The notes beneath the pieces were generated by a model. The model was not told the origin of the DNA, did not search any database, and saw nothing but the letters and a program-made list of their open reading frames with translations. From an uncultured Bacteroidales bacterium (GTDB taxonomy: Bacteria > Bacteroidota > Bacteroidia > Bacteroidales > UBA932), in assembly GCA_900320385.1 (NCBI GenBank), contig ONSD01000019.1, positions 4,444 through 68,443 on the forward strand: a DNA stretch of 64,000 nucleotides, read 5' to 3'. Of this stretch, positions 45,963 to 56,451 are shown piece after piece (positions within the stretch are counted from its first letter, which is position 1; each line of letters opens with the position of its first letter). The translations under genes were made by a program, and so were the position numbers.

Positions 45963-47416
45963 GAAGATTGTACATAATACTGATGCTGACGCTGGCACTG
46001 CCGTTCACGGTGCCTGCACAGGAGTATCAGGTCCCTGTGGTCGAAAGGTCGAAGGACAGGGTTAAGGTGGACGGCAAGGCGTATTATGCACATGTGGTTA
46101 CCGAGAAGCAGACACTGTTCTCGATTTGCAAGGCCTACGACGTGAGCGTCGATGCCATATACGAAGCCAACGAGAACCTGAACCTGCGCACCGAAGGCCT
46201 CAAGACAGGTCAGGTGCTGCTGATTCCGGTAAAGGCCCAGGCCGGAGCGCCCGAAGAGACCGCCGCGCCGGCGGAGACGGCTGAAGAAGCAGCGGACGAG
46301 GGCGGGCAGGACAAGCGATCGCTCTTCCCGCAACTGCGCGACATATTCGAAAGGGTACTCGGGAAAACCGAGACCTACACCCTGGATGTACCCGATGTAA
46401 TCAATGTAGCCATACTGCTGCCCTTCGCCGCAAACGGCAAGGCCGACGAAAAGAGCCTTGATTTCTATTCCGGAGCGCTAATGGCGGCCAGGGACCTGGG
46501 CAACAGCGGTATCAAGATGAACATCACCGCCCTGGACGTGGCTGCGGCTGCTCCGGGAGCGCGCTTGCTTGAAGAAAGCGACGTAATCATCGGTCCCATT
46601 TCTGTAGAAGGGATCAAGTCCGCGGCAGGGCGCAGCGGCGAAGGCAAATACATCATCTCCCCCCTTGAACCCAAGGTTTCCCAGCTGGTAGACAGCCTGT
46701 CGATAGTCCAGACCCCCACCCCTTCCGGCATCCAGGACAGTGAACTGGTCAAATGGGCCATCGAAGACATGCAGTACGGCGACAGCCTGGTACTCGTAAC
46801 CCAGGCTGGAGTTGCCCTCACCGGTGACGCCAAAGAAATAGTCGACGCCCTCAGGGCTTCTGGCAGGAGGTACCGCAACCTGTCGTATTCCATTACCCGC
46901 GGCACCCAGTCGCAGGCGGGTTTCGTCAATGCTTCTGCAAAGAACGGCACCACACGCTTCATCGTCGCTTCCGAAAGCGAAACCTTCGTCAACGACGTGG
47001 TGCGCAACGTCACCCTCCTCTCGTACAGGAAAAACTCCGTCGCACTTTACGCCCCCTCTCGCATACGCAGCTACGGCATGATCGAGAGCGAGAACCTTCA
47101 CAAGGCCAATACACACGTGACTGCAGGCTATTTCGTCGACTACGGCGACCCCAAGGTCAAGCAGTTCGTGCTGGCTTACCGCTCGCTCTTCGGCGGGGAG
47201 CCCAACTCCTTCGCTTTCCACGGATACGACACCTTGCACTACTTCGTCGGAATCTGCCACAGATTCGGAAGGATGTGGGATATGAAGCTTGACGAATATA
47301 CCGAACGCGGACTGCAGACCGATTTCCGCTTCATCCCCGACAAGGGTGACGGCCGCGAGAACACCGCTGTCAGGCGCATCGTATACTCGCCCGATTACAA
47401 GATAACCCTAGAATAA
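45959..47416 (+). CDS. LysM plus periplasmic-binding-protein type 1 (LpoA-like) protein
   Basis: GTG start overlapping the GT4 stop; signal peptide; LysM HVVTEKQTLFSICKAYDVS; VAILLPF, DFYSG, IIGP, AFHGYD. Confidence 0.75.
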   Translation: MRRLYIILMLTLALPFTVPAQEYQVPVVERSKDRVKVDGKAYYAHVVTEKQTLFSICKAYDVSVDAIYEANENLNLRTEGLKTGQVLLIPVKAQAGAPEETAAPAETAEEAADEGGQDKRSLFPQLRDIFERVLGKTETYTLDVPDVINVAILLPFAANGKADEKSLDFYSGALMAARDLGNSGIKMNITALDVAAAAPGARLLEESDVIIGPISVEGIKSAAGRSGEGKYIISPLEPKVSQLVDSLSIVQTPTPSGIQDSELVKWAIEDMQYGDSLVLVTQAGVALTGDAKEIVDALRASGRRYRNLSYSITRGTQSQAGFVNASAKNGTTRFIVASESETFVNDVVRNVTLLSYRKNSVALYAPSRIRSYGMIESENLHKANTHVTAGYFVDYGDPKVKQFVLAYRSLFGGEPNSFAFHGYDTLHYFVGICHRFGRMWDMKLDEYTERGLQTDFRFIPDKGDGRENTAVRRIVYSPDYKITLE

Positions 47417-47423
47417 CGGAACC

Positions 47424-48728
47424 ATGATACTCCACCTGATCACGACTCTTGCCGTGGCGTTCAGCACGTATTTCTCCGATGCCACGCTGCGCCTCGACTA
47501 CATCTTCTCCGGTAACGCCACCACCCAGGAAATAAGCTTCCTGGAAGCCTTCCGGAGCGATGTCTGGGCCGGACGCCGGAGCAATCTCGATGCAGCCCTG
47601 CTGGAGAGCAACGGCATGGTTACCGTACAGGATGCTGCCACCGGAACCGTGATCTACCGCAACGGCTTCTCCACCCTTTTCCAGGAATGGCAGGTGACAG
47701 AAGAAGCGAAGAGCGTCACCAAAGGATTCGAGTGCTGCCTGCAGGTGCCGTGGCCCAAGAAGCCGGTGGACATAAGCGTCACGTTGAAGGACCATCGCAA
47801 CGTGGTCAGAGCGAGCCTCAAACACAGGATAGACCCCAACGACATACTCATAAGGCCGCTGAAGCCGACGCACGGCTACCGCCAGATCCTTGGCGGAGGC
47901 AACTTCGAATCCCGCATCGACGTAGTGATAGTGGGAGACGGCTACACCCGTGAGGAGTCCGCCAAATTCTACTCCGATGCCGCCAGGGTTTCGGGGCAGT
48001 TGATGAAGCACGAGCCCTTCGCCTCGAATGCGGGCAGGTTCAACTTCGTCGCGCTGGCCCTGGATTCGGAAGAATCGGGCGTGAGCGAACCGGGCAGGGG
48101 CAGGTGGAAGAGCACCGCGCTCTCCTCGCACTACGATACCTTCTACCAGGACCGCTACCTCACCTCCTCGAACATGCGCGCACTGTACGACGCCCTGGCG
48201 GGAGTGCCTTTCGAGCATGTCATAATCCTGGTGAACACGCCCAGATACGGAGGCGGAGGCATTTACAATTCCATGACGGTGGCCGCAGCCGACAATCCCA
48301 CCACCGGCGTGGTGCTGGTCCATGAATTCGGGCATGCGTTCGCCGGTCTCGCCGACGAATACGCCTACGACGACGAGCAGGCGGGGACCTATCCCGGCGA
48401 TATAGAGCCGTGGGAACCCAACATCACTACCCTCACGGACTTCGGGTCAAAGTGGCAGGACATGGTGCCGGAAGGGGTGAAGATCCCCACTCCCGTGGAC
48501 GAGATGGAAAAGCGGCCGGACATCAGGCGCATCTGGAACACGCTCCCTGCCGGGGTGCAGGAGGAACTCAACCGCAAGGTGGGCGTATACGAAGGGGGCG
48601 GATACCGTTCCAAGGGCATATACCGTCCGGTGCAGGAATGCCGCATGCGCATGAACGAATGCGAACACTTCTGTCCGGTGTGCACGAGGGCCATCCAGCA
48701 CACCATCGACTACTATACCGGAAACTAG
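47424..48728 (+). CDS. Peptidase M64 (IgA peptidase family)
   Basis: TLRLDYIFSG, GDGYT, YGGGGIYN, HEFGH..GLADEY, EPNITTL, CRMR..FCPVC. Confidence 0.9.
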   Translation: MILHLITTLAVAFSTYFSDATLRLDYIFSGNATTQEISFLEAFRSDVWAGRRSNLDAALLESNGMVTVQDAATGTVIYRNGFSTLFQEWQVTEEAKSVTKGFECCLQVPWPKKPVDISVTLKDHRNVVRASLKHRIDPNDILIRPLKPTHGYRQILGGGNFESRIDVVIVGDGYTREESAKFYSDAARVSGQLMKHEPFASNAGRFNFVALALDSEESGVSEPGRGRWKSTALSSHYDTFYQDRYLTSSNMRALYDALAGVPFEHVIILVNTPRYGGGGIYNSMTVAAADNPTTGVVLVHEFGHAFAGLADEYAYDDEQAGTYPGDIEPWEPNITTLTDFGSKWQDMVPEGVKIPTPVDEMEKRPDIRRIWNTLPAGVQEELNRKVGVYEGGGYRSKGIYRPVQECRMRMNECEHFCPVCTRAIQHTIDYYTGN

Positions 48729-48783
48729 CTGCGGCCTGAGGATACTCCGTTTTTTTTATTATCTTTGCATTCGGAGTTCCGTT

Positions 48784-49380
48784 ATGAAAATCACCGATGC
48801 CAGATTCGCAGGGAGCAGCACACGCGTCTCTCAGAGGCCAGCACGTGCGCTGCCCGAATTCGCCTTCATAGGCCGCTCCAACGTCGGTAAGTCTTCCCTG
48901 ATAAACATGCTCACTGGCCGCAAGGGCCTCGCCAAGACGTCTTCCACCCCCGGAAAGACCCAACTTGTCAACCACTTTGTCATAAACGACCGCTGGTACC
49001 TGGTGGACCTGCCCGGTTACGGCTACGCCCGCCTGCCCCAGAAGGAAAGGGAAGAACTCCAGAACGTCATCTCCGACTATGTACTGAACTCTCCCGACCT
49101 GGTTTGCCTGTTCGTGCTGATAGATTCCAGGCACGACGTGCAGAAGGTAGACCGCGATTTCATAGCCAGGCTGGGAGAAGAAGGGGTGCCCTTCGCGCTC
49201 ATATTCACAAAAGGCGACAAGATGGGTCCGGTAGCCCTCAGGGAGCAGATGGAGCGCAGCAAGGGGATACTGCTCGAAGACTGGGAGGAGCTCCCGCCTT
49301 CGTTCGCCACGTCCTCCCTCAAAGGCCAGGGCAAGGAAGAAGTGCTGGACTATGTAGAAAGTATACTCAAAACCCTATAG
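48784..49380 (+). CDS. engB: Ribosome biogenesis GTPase YihA/EngB
   Basis: GRSNVGKSSLIN, PGKTQ, DLPGYGYA, TKGDK. Confidence 0.95.
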   Translation: MKITDARFAGSSTRVSQRPARALPEFAFIGRSNVGKSSLINMLTGRKGLAKTSSTPGKTQLVNHFVINDRWYLVDLPGYGYARLPQKEREELQNVISDYVLNSPDLVCLFVLIDSRHDVQKVDRDFIARLGEEGVPFALIFTKGDKMGPVALREQMERSKGILLEDWEELPPSFATSSLKGQGKEEVLDYVESILKTL

Positions 49381-49387
49381 GAACCTT

Positions 49388-50404
49388 ATGCAACACGAAC
49401 ACAGAATGATGGTATTCAGCTGCGACACTTCCGTGGCATTCGCCAGGAACGTGGTCAAGCATCTGAAAAAGCTCGACATCGACGACGAAGACAAGGTGCG
49501 TCTTGGCTACGTCGAAGTAAAGCACTTCACGGACGGAGAATTCCAGCCTTATTACCACGACAGCGTGCGCGGCGCCACCGTCTTCATCATCCAGTCCACC
49601 ATAGCCCCATCCGACAACCTCATGGAGCTCCTGCTCTGCATCGATGCCGCCAAGCGGGCTTCCGCCTCGAAGGTCATCGTGGTCACCCCCTATTTCGGCT
49701 GGGCCCGCCAGGACAGGAAAGACAAGCCCCGCACCAGCATCGGAGCCAAGCTGGTGGCCAACCTGCTCCGTGCCGCCGGAGCCGACCGCATCATGACCTG
49801 TGACCTCCACGCCGACCAGATCCAGGGATTCTTCGACATCCCGGTCGACCATCTCATGGCGAGCAACCTCTTCCTCCAGCAGATACAGGACCTGCACCTG
49901 CCCAACCTGTCCATCGCTTCACCCGACATCGGCGGAGCGAAGAGGGCGAACTTCTACGCCAACACCCTCAAGAAGATAACCGGACAGGAGCCGCCCATCA
50001 TCATCTGCCACAAGACCCGCCTCGTCCAGAACGAGGTCGATACGCTCAGGGTGATAGGAGACGTCGAAGGCCGGGACGTGGTGATAGTGGACGATATTAT
50101 CGATACGGCCGGCACGCTCTGCAAGGCAGCCACCGAGCTCAAGAAGCAGGGCGCCGCAAGCGTCAGGGCCTGCGCCACCCATGCCCTGCTGAGCACCGAC
50201 AAGCAAGGCGTCCCCGCAGTGGACAAGATAGAAGCTTCGGACATCGACGAAGTATACGTAACCGACACGGTCCCCCAGCCCAAGGGCAAATACGACAAGT
50301 CGACCAAGATACACGTGCTCAGCATGAGCGACCTTTTCGCCCGCATGATGCGCAACGTATACATGTACGAGCCTATCAGCCCCGTGTTCCATCAGGATTA
50401 TTAA
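49388..50404 (+). CDS. prs: Ribose-phosphate pyrophosphokinase
   Basis: FTDGE, PYFGWARQDRK, DLHADQIQGFF, SPDIGG, VDDIIDTAGTL. Confidence 0.95.
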   Translation: MQHEHRMMVFSCDTSVAFARNVVKHLKKLDIDDEDKVRLGYVEVKHFTDGEFQPYYHDSVRGATVFIIQSTIAPSDNLMELLLCIDAAKRASASKVIVVTPYFGWARQDRKDKPRTSIGAKLVANLLRAAGADRIMTCDLHADQIQGFFDIPVDHLMASNLFLQQIQDLHLPNLSIASPDIGGAKRANFYANTLKKITGQEPPIIICHKTRLVQNEVDTLRVIGDVEGRDVVIVDDIIDTAGTLCKAATELKKQGAASVRACATHALLSTDKQGVPAVDKIEASDIDEVYVTDTVPQPKGKYDKSTKIHVLSMSDLFARMMRNVYMYEPISPVFHQDY

Positions 50405-50407
50405 CAG

Positions 50408-50689
50408 ATGAAAGTGTTCCTCGCGGCTTTGCTCCTCGTGGGCCTGTGCGTCCTCGGAATGTGCGTGGGAGTCCTTTTCCACAAGGGCTTCCCGAAGTAC
50501 GACGTGGGCAGCAATCCCGAGATGCGCAAGCGGGGGATCACCTGCTACAAGGACGAAGACGCCCGCATACAGAGGGAAGCATCCCGCGGGAGCAGAAGCG
50601 CCGCCTGCACCGGCGAATACAGCGAAGCCTGCGATGGCTGCGCCCTGTATCAATTCGAGAGTATTACCAATAAGGAGACCGCAAGATGA
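50408..50689 (+). CDS. Small membrane-anchored protein with Cys-rich C-terminus
   Basis: N-terminal TM; GFP..DVG.N.EMRKRGI.C; [12 protein letters not shown]; overlaps the der start (ATGA). Confidence 0.7.
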   Translation: MKVFLAALLLVGLCVLGMCVGVLFHKGFPKYDVGSNPEMRKRGITCYKDEDARIQREASRGSRSAACTGEYSEACDGCALYQFESITNKETAR

Positions 50690-51993
50690 GCCTGGTCGCA
50701 ATCGTGGGACGTCCCAACGTGGGCAAATCCACACTTTTCAACCGCCTCGTGGGAATGAGGCAGGCAATAGTAGACGACATTTCCGGAGTAACCCGCGACC
50801 GCCATTACGGACGCAGCGACTGGAACGGCAGGGAGTTTTCGGTGGTAGACACCGGGGGCTTCACTTCCAACTCCGACGACATCTTCGAGAAGGCCATACG
50901 CCGTCAGGTGGAGATAGCCATCGACGAGGCTGACGTCATCATCTTCATGGTGGAAGCGGCTACCGGCATCACCGACTACGACTCCGAAATGGCTGAAGTT
51001 CTCCGGCGCAGCAAAAAGCCGGTCATACTCTGCGTCAACAAGGTGGACAGCGGCGAGAAGGTGTTCGACACCTATGAGTTCTACAGTCTCGGCCTCGGAG
51101 AGGTCCATTCCATCTCCGCCGCGAACGGAAGCGGCACCGGCGACCTGCTGGACGCGGTTGTAGGGGCCTTGCCGGCTGAAGAGGAAGGAGAGGACCCTTA
51201 CGCCGGGCTCCCCAGGATAGCCATCGTGGGCAAGCCGAACGTGGGCAAATCGTCACTCACCAACGCCCTCCTGGGCGAAGAGCGCAACATAGTGACGCCC
51301 CTGGCCGGCACCACGCGCGACAGCATCGAAACCCACTACAACAAGTTCGGCCACGAATTCATGCTGGTCGATACGGCAGGCATACGCAAGAAAGGCAAGG
51401 TCAACGAAGACCTCGAATTCTATTCGGTCATGCGTTCCATCCGAGCCATTGAGCATTCGGACGTCTGCGTGATGATGATAGACTCCACCACCGGAATGGA
51501 GGCCCAGGACATGAACATCTTCAACCTGATCCTGCGCAACCGCAAGGGCTGCGTGCTGGTGGTGAACAAATGGGACCTCTTCGAGAAGGATTCCAAGACC
51601 CTCAAGGAATACACCGCATCGCTCAGGGAGCGCATCTCCCCCTTCGACGACGTGCCCATCATCTTCACCAGCATAGTCAAGATGCAGCGCGTCCAGGACG
51701 TACTCAACGCGGTTTCGCAGGTATACGAGAACTATTCACGCAAGATACCCACCTCGCGCCTCAACGACACCATGCTCCCCATCCTGGAGCAGACCCCGCC
51801 TCCGTCATGGAAGGGCAAGTACGTGAAAATCAAGTATGTGACGCAGTTGCCCACCAAGTTCCCGGCTTTCGCTTTCTTCTGCAACCTGCCCCAGTACATA
51901 AAGGAACCGTACAAGCGCTTCCTCGAGAACAAACTCCGCGAGAATTTCCAGCTCACGGGCTGTCCAGTACAGATTTTCTGCCGTAAGAAATAA
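50686..51993 (+). CDS. der: Ribosome biogenesis GTPase Der (EngA)
   Basis: Two G-domains ([16 protein letters not shown] and [16 protein letters not shown]) plus a KH-like C-terminus. Confidence 0.96.
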   Translation: MSLVAIVGRPNVGKSTLFNRLVGMRQAIVDDISGVTRDRHYGRSDWNGREFSVVDTGGFTSNSDDIFEKAIRRQVEIAIDEADVIIFMVEAATGITDYDSEMAEVLRRSKKPVILCVNKVDSGEKVFDTYEFYSLGLGEVHSISAANGSGTGDLLDAVVGALPAEEEGEDPYAGLPRIAIVGKPNVGKSSLTNALLGEERNIVTPLAGTTRDSIETHYNKFGHEFMLVDTAGIRKKGKVNEDLEFYSVMRSIRAIEHSDVCVMMIDSTTGMEAQDMNIFNLILRNRKGCVLVVNKWDLFEKDSKTLKEYTASLRERISPFDDVPIIFTSIVKMQRVQDVLNAVSQVYENYSRKIPTSRLNDTMLPILEQTPPPSWKGKYVKIKYVTQLPTKFPAFAFFCNLPQYIKEPYKRFLENKLRENFQLTGCPVQIFCRKK

Positions 51994-51996
51994 AGC

Positions 51997-54900
51997 CTAG
52001 GCGTTCTTCGGATAAAGGATCGTGAAGCAGGCCCCTCCCAGAGTGAAGGACTTGCTGTACGAGATGCTGGCGCCGCACTTTTCGAGTATGCTGCGCGAGA
52101 TTGCTAGCCCGAGGCCGCTGCCGCCTGTCTTGGTGGTGAAGTTGGGAGTGAACAGTTTCCCTATGTTTTCCGGCGCCACTCCCGGGCCGTTGTCTTCCAC
52201 CACTATGTCGTAGTACCCATCCTGCACCGAATTCCTCAGCGATACTATCACACGGCCTCCTTCTTCGTCTTCCAGGGCCTGGACGGCATTGTTGATAAGG
52301 TTCACGAACACGCGGGTCAGCTGGGGCTTGGGCGCCATCGCCGGTGCGGGCGACATGCCTATGTAGTCGAAGCGGGTGCTGCCCTTGCTGTCGAACATCG
52401 AAATCTCTTCCTGGAGTATCCGGTCCAGGTCGACGGGAGTGGGCTCTTCGGTATACAGCTTCGCGAATGTGGAGAACTCGTTGGCCGTGTCGGTGAGGAT
52501 GTCGATGTGGTCCAGAAGGACCTTCGCCACCTCGTCGAACTTCTGCTGCCAGCCCGGATCGCCCTTCGCCTTGAGGCGGATGATGCGCTGCAGCTGCAGC
52601 TTCATGGGGGTGAGCGGGTTCTTGATTTCGTGGGCGACCTGCCGTGCCATTCCGCTCCAGGCCTTGTCCCTCTCCGCCTGTGCCAGCCGCTTGGAACTCT
52701 CCGACAGGTCGGACACCATGCGGTTGTATGCGTTAACCAGCGACGAAATCTCGTCCTGCTTGTCGTATTCAATGTACTCCAGCGAGTCGAGGTTCGCTCC
52801 GTCCATCTTGCGGCCCATCTCGAGGAGGGGCCGGAACATCCTCTCCAGCACACTGCTGGAAGTGAAACGGGCGAAGAGCAGCAGGAGGAGGAACACCGAC
52901 AGGATCATGATCAGATGGTTGGCGGCGTTCGTCTCGAAGTCGTAGTTGTCACCGGTGTATGGCGACGATATTATGGCTATGATACGGCCGTTGTCGCCTA
53001 TCAGCGGGGCGTACATGCAGTAATAGCGGTGCCTGCCCGTCCTCTCCTTCTGGATGTAGTAGCGGCTGGTCAGGTACATTATGTTGTAATAGGCGGTGCC
53101 GTCGATGCGGCTGTCCATCAGCATCTGGTCGAATACCGCCGGCGCGGTGGACATCATTATCATGCCGTCGGTGGAGTAAAGCGAGACGTCGGAATCGGTG
53201 TTGTTGCCTACGTCTTCCAGCAGGCCCATGACTTCGGGCACACGCAGGTCGGCACTCGAGTTGGCTCCCCTTATGCGTGCGAACACCGAGGTCTGGATCG
53301 AATTGATCTTCTCGGCCATGAGCGCCCTCAGGTTCGACTCGTTCTGGGTGTATACGAAGTACACGCTGAGAGCCGCCATGGTGACCAGAGTGAGCGAGAG
53401 AGAGTACATGATAACCCTCGTAAGCCTGGTCTGGAAGTAGTTCTGCTCGAAGGGGCGGCGCTTCCTCGGGTCGGAAGATACCAGGGTGAGGAGGATGAAG
53501 GATATGAGGGCTATGAAGATGGCCGAGATGCCGTAATTGAGCGTCCCAATGGTGGGGCGGGACACTATCACCGATTCGCCGTCGGCCACTTTGTACAGGA
53601 AGTGGGTATGGCCGCCAAGTTTGATATGATGGTCGCCCTCGCCGTACACGCTGTCTTCCAGGCGCTTGTCCATACGCACCGGGTAGGCGAAACTGCCCTT
53701 GAAATTCAGGAGCCGGGTTCCCTGGTAACGCGCGAACGAATAGTTCGAAGGGATAAGCACCTTGCCCGGGAGCGAAGTGCCGAGTATGCTGGCATAGCCG
53801 CGGTAGCGCCAATCGCCCTTCTGCTCTATCGTGATCATGACACGGGTGATGCCGTAGTTCTGAAGGCGGAAGAAGAACATGCCGGAATAGGTGGCGAGTC
53901 CGTTGCTGTTCTCCTTGTAGAAGAAGCGCGAATTGGGCGATATCTGCTCCCCGTCCCTCAGCGCCGAGAAATCGCTGTCATTCACACTCACGAGCATGTC
54001 GTACTCCTGGGCCACCCGGTTCAGGTAGGTCTCGGTAAGGCGGTTGCGTATGTTATAGGCGGCATTGTCCAGCACCGACAGCGACGCGATCACCGGGTCG
54101 GTGGAGATATTGTCTTCGACCGAATGGAGCTGTACCTCCAGGGCGATGTCGCGGTTGAGTGCCAGGCGGTTGGCCCAGACTTCAAGGCTCTGCTGTTCCT
54201 TCCGGAAACCGGTCATGGAGGTCACGAAAACCAGGTACACCGCGGCCAGGGCGGAGATGCATATGCGGTTGAGCAGCGAGAAGGCGCTGCTGTGGAAGCC
54301 GGTGAGGCGGGATATCGCAGGCTGCATCAGCTGCATCAGCATGGGGATGCAAGAAAGCAGGGCGATAAACGACAGGTAAACCAGCACGCTCATCACGGTG
54401 ATGCGGCCTATCTTGTAGATCTCCAGATTGATGTTGGAATTGAGGGTGATGCTCCTCAGGCCCTCGTAGGAATACCATACTATGCCGAGCACGGCAGCAA
54501 AGAGGACGACCGACCAGATTATCATCACCCATGCCAGACGCTTCCTGGCCGAGATATCCTGCCGCACCAGGAACAGGCACCAGACGGTCATGGAAACCAT
54601 GAGGTTGAGCAGCAGCAAGCCTCCCAGCGAATAGAATACGGGCCCGTCGGCATACAGTGTCGGCGAGAAGATGCTGGGGCCGTTGCCCATGGTCTTTCCC
54701 CAGAGGAAGAAAGCGGCCATCAGCGCCAGCGAGAGCACGAGCAAGGGCAGCGCACGCTTTAAGGTGGGCTTCGCGGATATGAACAGGAGGAAAGCTATGG
54801 TCAGCAGCAGCAAGGCCCCCCACAGAAGGAGTTCGTTGGCTTCGTGGGATGCTATGTGCGAATCGTTGAAAAGCTTGAAAAGCGGCACCCCGTCCACCTT

Positions 54901-55473
54901 CACCTCGATACCGTCACTGTCGTTCAGCGGCCTGGCTTCGCATCCGGCCGACATCCCGAGCCGCAGGTTCATGGCTGCCAGCTCCGAATTGCCGTCCATT
55001 ATCTCAAGCCCTTCCACGACCTTGATGGGGCCGTTCTCCAGGTACTTCACCACATACCACTTGGGGCCTATGTTCATGAAGGAATACTCATCGCCGACCT
55101 CGGAAAGCGGGGAACTGAGGCCGGAACGGGGATTGATGAAACGCTGGTACAGCACTTTCTGCTCGATGGCGTCGTTCGCTGAGGGGAAGCGGTTCTGCCA
55201 GCTCTGCAGGGAATCTTCGACATAGCGGTAAACCACCATGTCGGCAGGGATCGATTCTTCCAGCCACAGCGACGGGGCAGCGTCCAGGGCCTTGCGGGCA
55301 TAGCCGTCAAGTTTCGAAAGCCTCCTCGACACAATGCGCTCGAGCCTTGATGCATCGCGCATCCTCTGCCCGGAAGGGCGCCCGCTGAGCACCGCAAAGA
55401 TGAACAGCGCCACCCCGAGCACCAGCAGGCACCCGGCTGCGATCTGCTTTATATTCTGTCTGCGAGCGTTCAT
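51997..55473 (-). CDS. Large multi-TM sensor histidine kinase (HAMP, HisKA, HATPase; NtrY-like)
   Basis: DEISSLVNAYNRM HAMP; AHEIKNPLTP H-box; NLINNA, DNGPG, FTPNFTTK, GSGLGL. Confidence 0.92.
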   Translation of the reverse strand: MNARRQNIKQIAAGCLLVLGVALFIFAVLSGRPSGQRMRDASRLERIVSRRLSKLDGYARKALDAAPSLWLEESIPADMVVYRYVEDSLQSWQNRFPSANDAIEQKVLYQRFINPRSGLSSPLSEVGDEYSFMNIGPKWYVVKYLENGPIKVVEGLEIMDGNSELAAMNLRLGMSAGCEARPLNDSDGIEVKVDGVPLFKLFNDSHIASHEANELLLWGALLLLTIAFLLFISAKPTLKRALPLLVLSLALMAAFFLWGKTMGNGPSIFSPTLYADGPVFYSLGGLLLLNLMVSMTVWCLFLVRQDISARKRLAWVMIIWSVVLFAAVLGIVWYSYEGLRSITLNSNINLEIYKIGRITVMSVLVYLSFIALLSCIPMLMQLMQPAISRLTGFHSSAFSLLNRICISALAAVYLVFVTSMTGFRKEQQSLEVWANRLALNRDIALEVQLHSVEDNISTDPVIASLSVLDNAAYNIRNRLTETYLNRVAQEYDMLVSVNDSDFSALRDGEQISPNSRFFYKENSNGLATYSGMFFFRLQNYGITRVMITIEQKGDWRYRGYASILGTSLPGKVLIPSNYSFARYQGTRLLNFKGSFAYPVRMDKRLEDSVYGEGDHHIKLGGHTHFLYKVADGESVIVSRPTIGTLNYGISAIFIALISFILLTLVSSDPRKRRPFEQNYFQTRLTRVIMYSLSLTLVTMAALSVYFVYTQNESNLRALMAEKINSIQTSVFARIRGANSSADLRVPEVMGLLEDVGNNTDSDVSLYSTDGMIMMSTAPAVFDQMLMDSRIDGTAYYNIMYLTSRYYIQKERTGRHRYYCMYAPLIGDNGRIIAIISSPYTGDNYDFETNAANHLIMILSVFLLLLLFARFTSSSVLERMFRPLLEMGRKMDGANLDSLEYIEYDKQDEISSLVNAYNRMVSDLSESSKRLAQAERDKAWSGMARQVAHEIKNPLTPMKLQLQRIIRLKAKGDPGWQQKFDEVAKVLLDHIDILTDTANEFSTFAKLYTEEPTPVDLDRILQEEISMFDSKGSTRFDYIGMSPAPAMAPKPQLTRVFVNLINNAVQALEDEEGGRVIVSLRNSVQDGYYDIVVEDNGPGVAPENIGKLFTPNFTTKTGGSGLGLAISRSILEKCGASISYSKSFTLGGACFTILYPKNA

Positions 55474-55940
55474 TCGTGGTGATACGGTTCTCCTTTGATT
55501 ATCGTGAAGGCACGGTAAAGCTGCTCTGCAAAAACCGTTCTAACCATCTGGTGCGGGAACGTCATCTTAGAGAGGGATATCTTGCCGTCGGCGCGGGCAT
55601 ACACGGCAGGAGAAAAGCCATAGGCGCCCCCGACGACGAAGGCTATGTCCCTGCCGCCTGCAGCCATGCGCTTTTCGAGCTCCCGTGCGAATTCCATCGA
55701 GCGGTATTCCTTGCCATGCTCGTCGAGCAGCAGTATGGCATCGCCGCCCGCCGCCTTGAGGATGAGCTCACCCTCCTTTTCGCGTATCTGCCCTTCGCTC
55801 AATGCCGAAGCATTCTTGAGCTCGGGTATTTCAGTTACGGAAAAACGCACATAATGCCCGAGACGGGAGGTATAAAGGTCCAGTCCTTCTTTCACCCAAG
55901 GCACGTCGGTGCGTCCTACGGTTATGAGTCTGAGTCTCAC
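55470..55940 (-). CDS. rlmH: 23S rRNA (pseudouridine1915-N3)-methyltransferase
   Basis: LDEHGK, FVVGGAYG, SLSKMTFPHQMVR, EQLYRA..I..GEPYHHE; GTG start at 55940. Confidence 0.93.
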   Translation of the reverse strand: MRLRLITVGRTDVPWVKEGLDLYTSRLGHYVRFSVTEIPELKNASALSEGQIREKEGELILKAAGGDAILLLDEHGKEYRSMEFARELEKRMAAGGRDIAFVVGGAYGFSPAVYARADGKISLSKMTFPHQMVRTVFAEQLYRAFTIIKGEPYHHE

Positions 55941-55990
55941 AATGCAAATATAGTAAATGTGGCTTGGAATTTGCAAAAGAATTTGTCCGT

Positions 55991-56401
55991 ATGCGGGCAG
56001 TGATAAAATCTTCGTTCCTTACCGTAGCCCTCACCCTGATGGCTTGCCTCGGCGCAAAGGCCCAGAGCGGGGATTATGACGTATTCAATCCCATCGCGAA
56101 GTACATTTCCCGCGGAGATACCGACGCCCTATCGGCCTGGTTCAGCGGGAACCTCGAGATATCGGTGCTCGGCAACGGAGGGAACTCCAGCCGCAACCAG
56201 GCGAAGCAGATACTGCGCTCTTTCTTCGAATCTTATACGCCGCGCTCCTTCAGGATCACCTACACAGCCGGCAGGGCCAACATGAAGTATGCCCTCGGGA
56301 CCCTCAGCGCGGGCGGGGAATCTTTCCTGGTAACGATCTTCGTAAGTTCAAAGGGAGATACCTACAACATCCAGCAACTCAAGATCGAAAGGGTACAATG
56401 A
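55991..56401 (+). CDS. DUF4783-like secreted protein
   Basis: Signal peptide; GD..ALS.WF, S..QA.QIL..FF, YALG.L. Confidence 0.7.
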   Translation: MRAVIKSSFLTVALTLMACLGAKAQSGDYDVFNPIAKYISRGDTDALSAWFSGNLEISVLGNGGNSSRNQAKQILRSFFESYTPRSFRITYTAGRANMKYALGTLSAGGESFLVTIFVSSKGDTYNIQQLKIERVQ

Positions 56402-56431
56402 ATAAACGCTCCGGGTTTCCGGAGCGTTTAT
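56402..56431. terminator. Bidirectional terminator
   Basis: ATAAACGCTCCGG/CCGGAGCGTTTAT 13-bp inverted repeat between convergent genes. Confidence 0.8.
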
Positions 56432-56451
56432 CATTCTGCGGTCAGCTTCGC

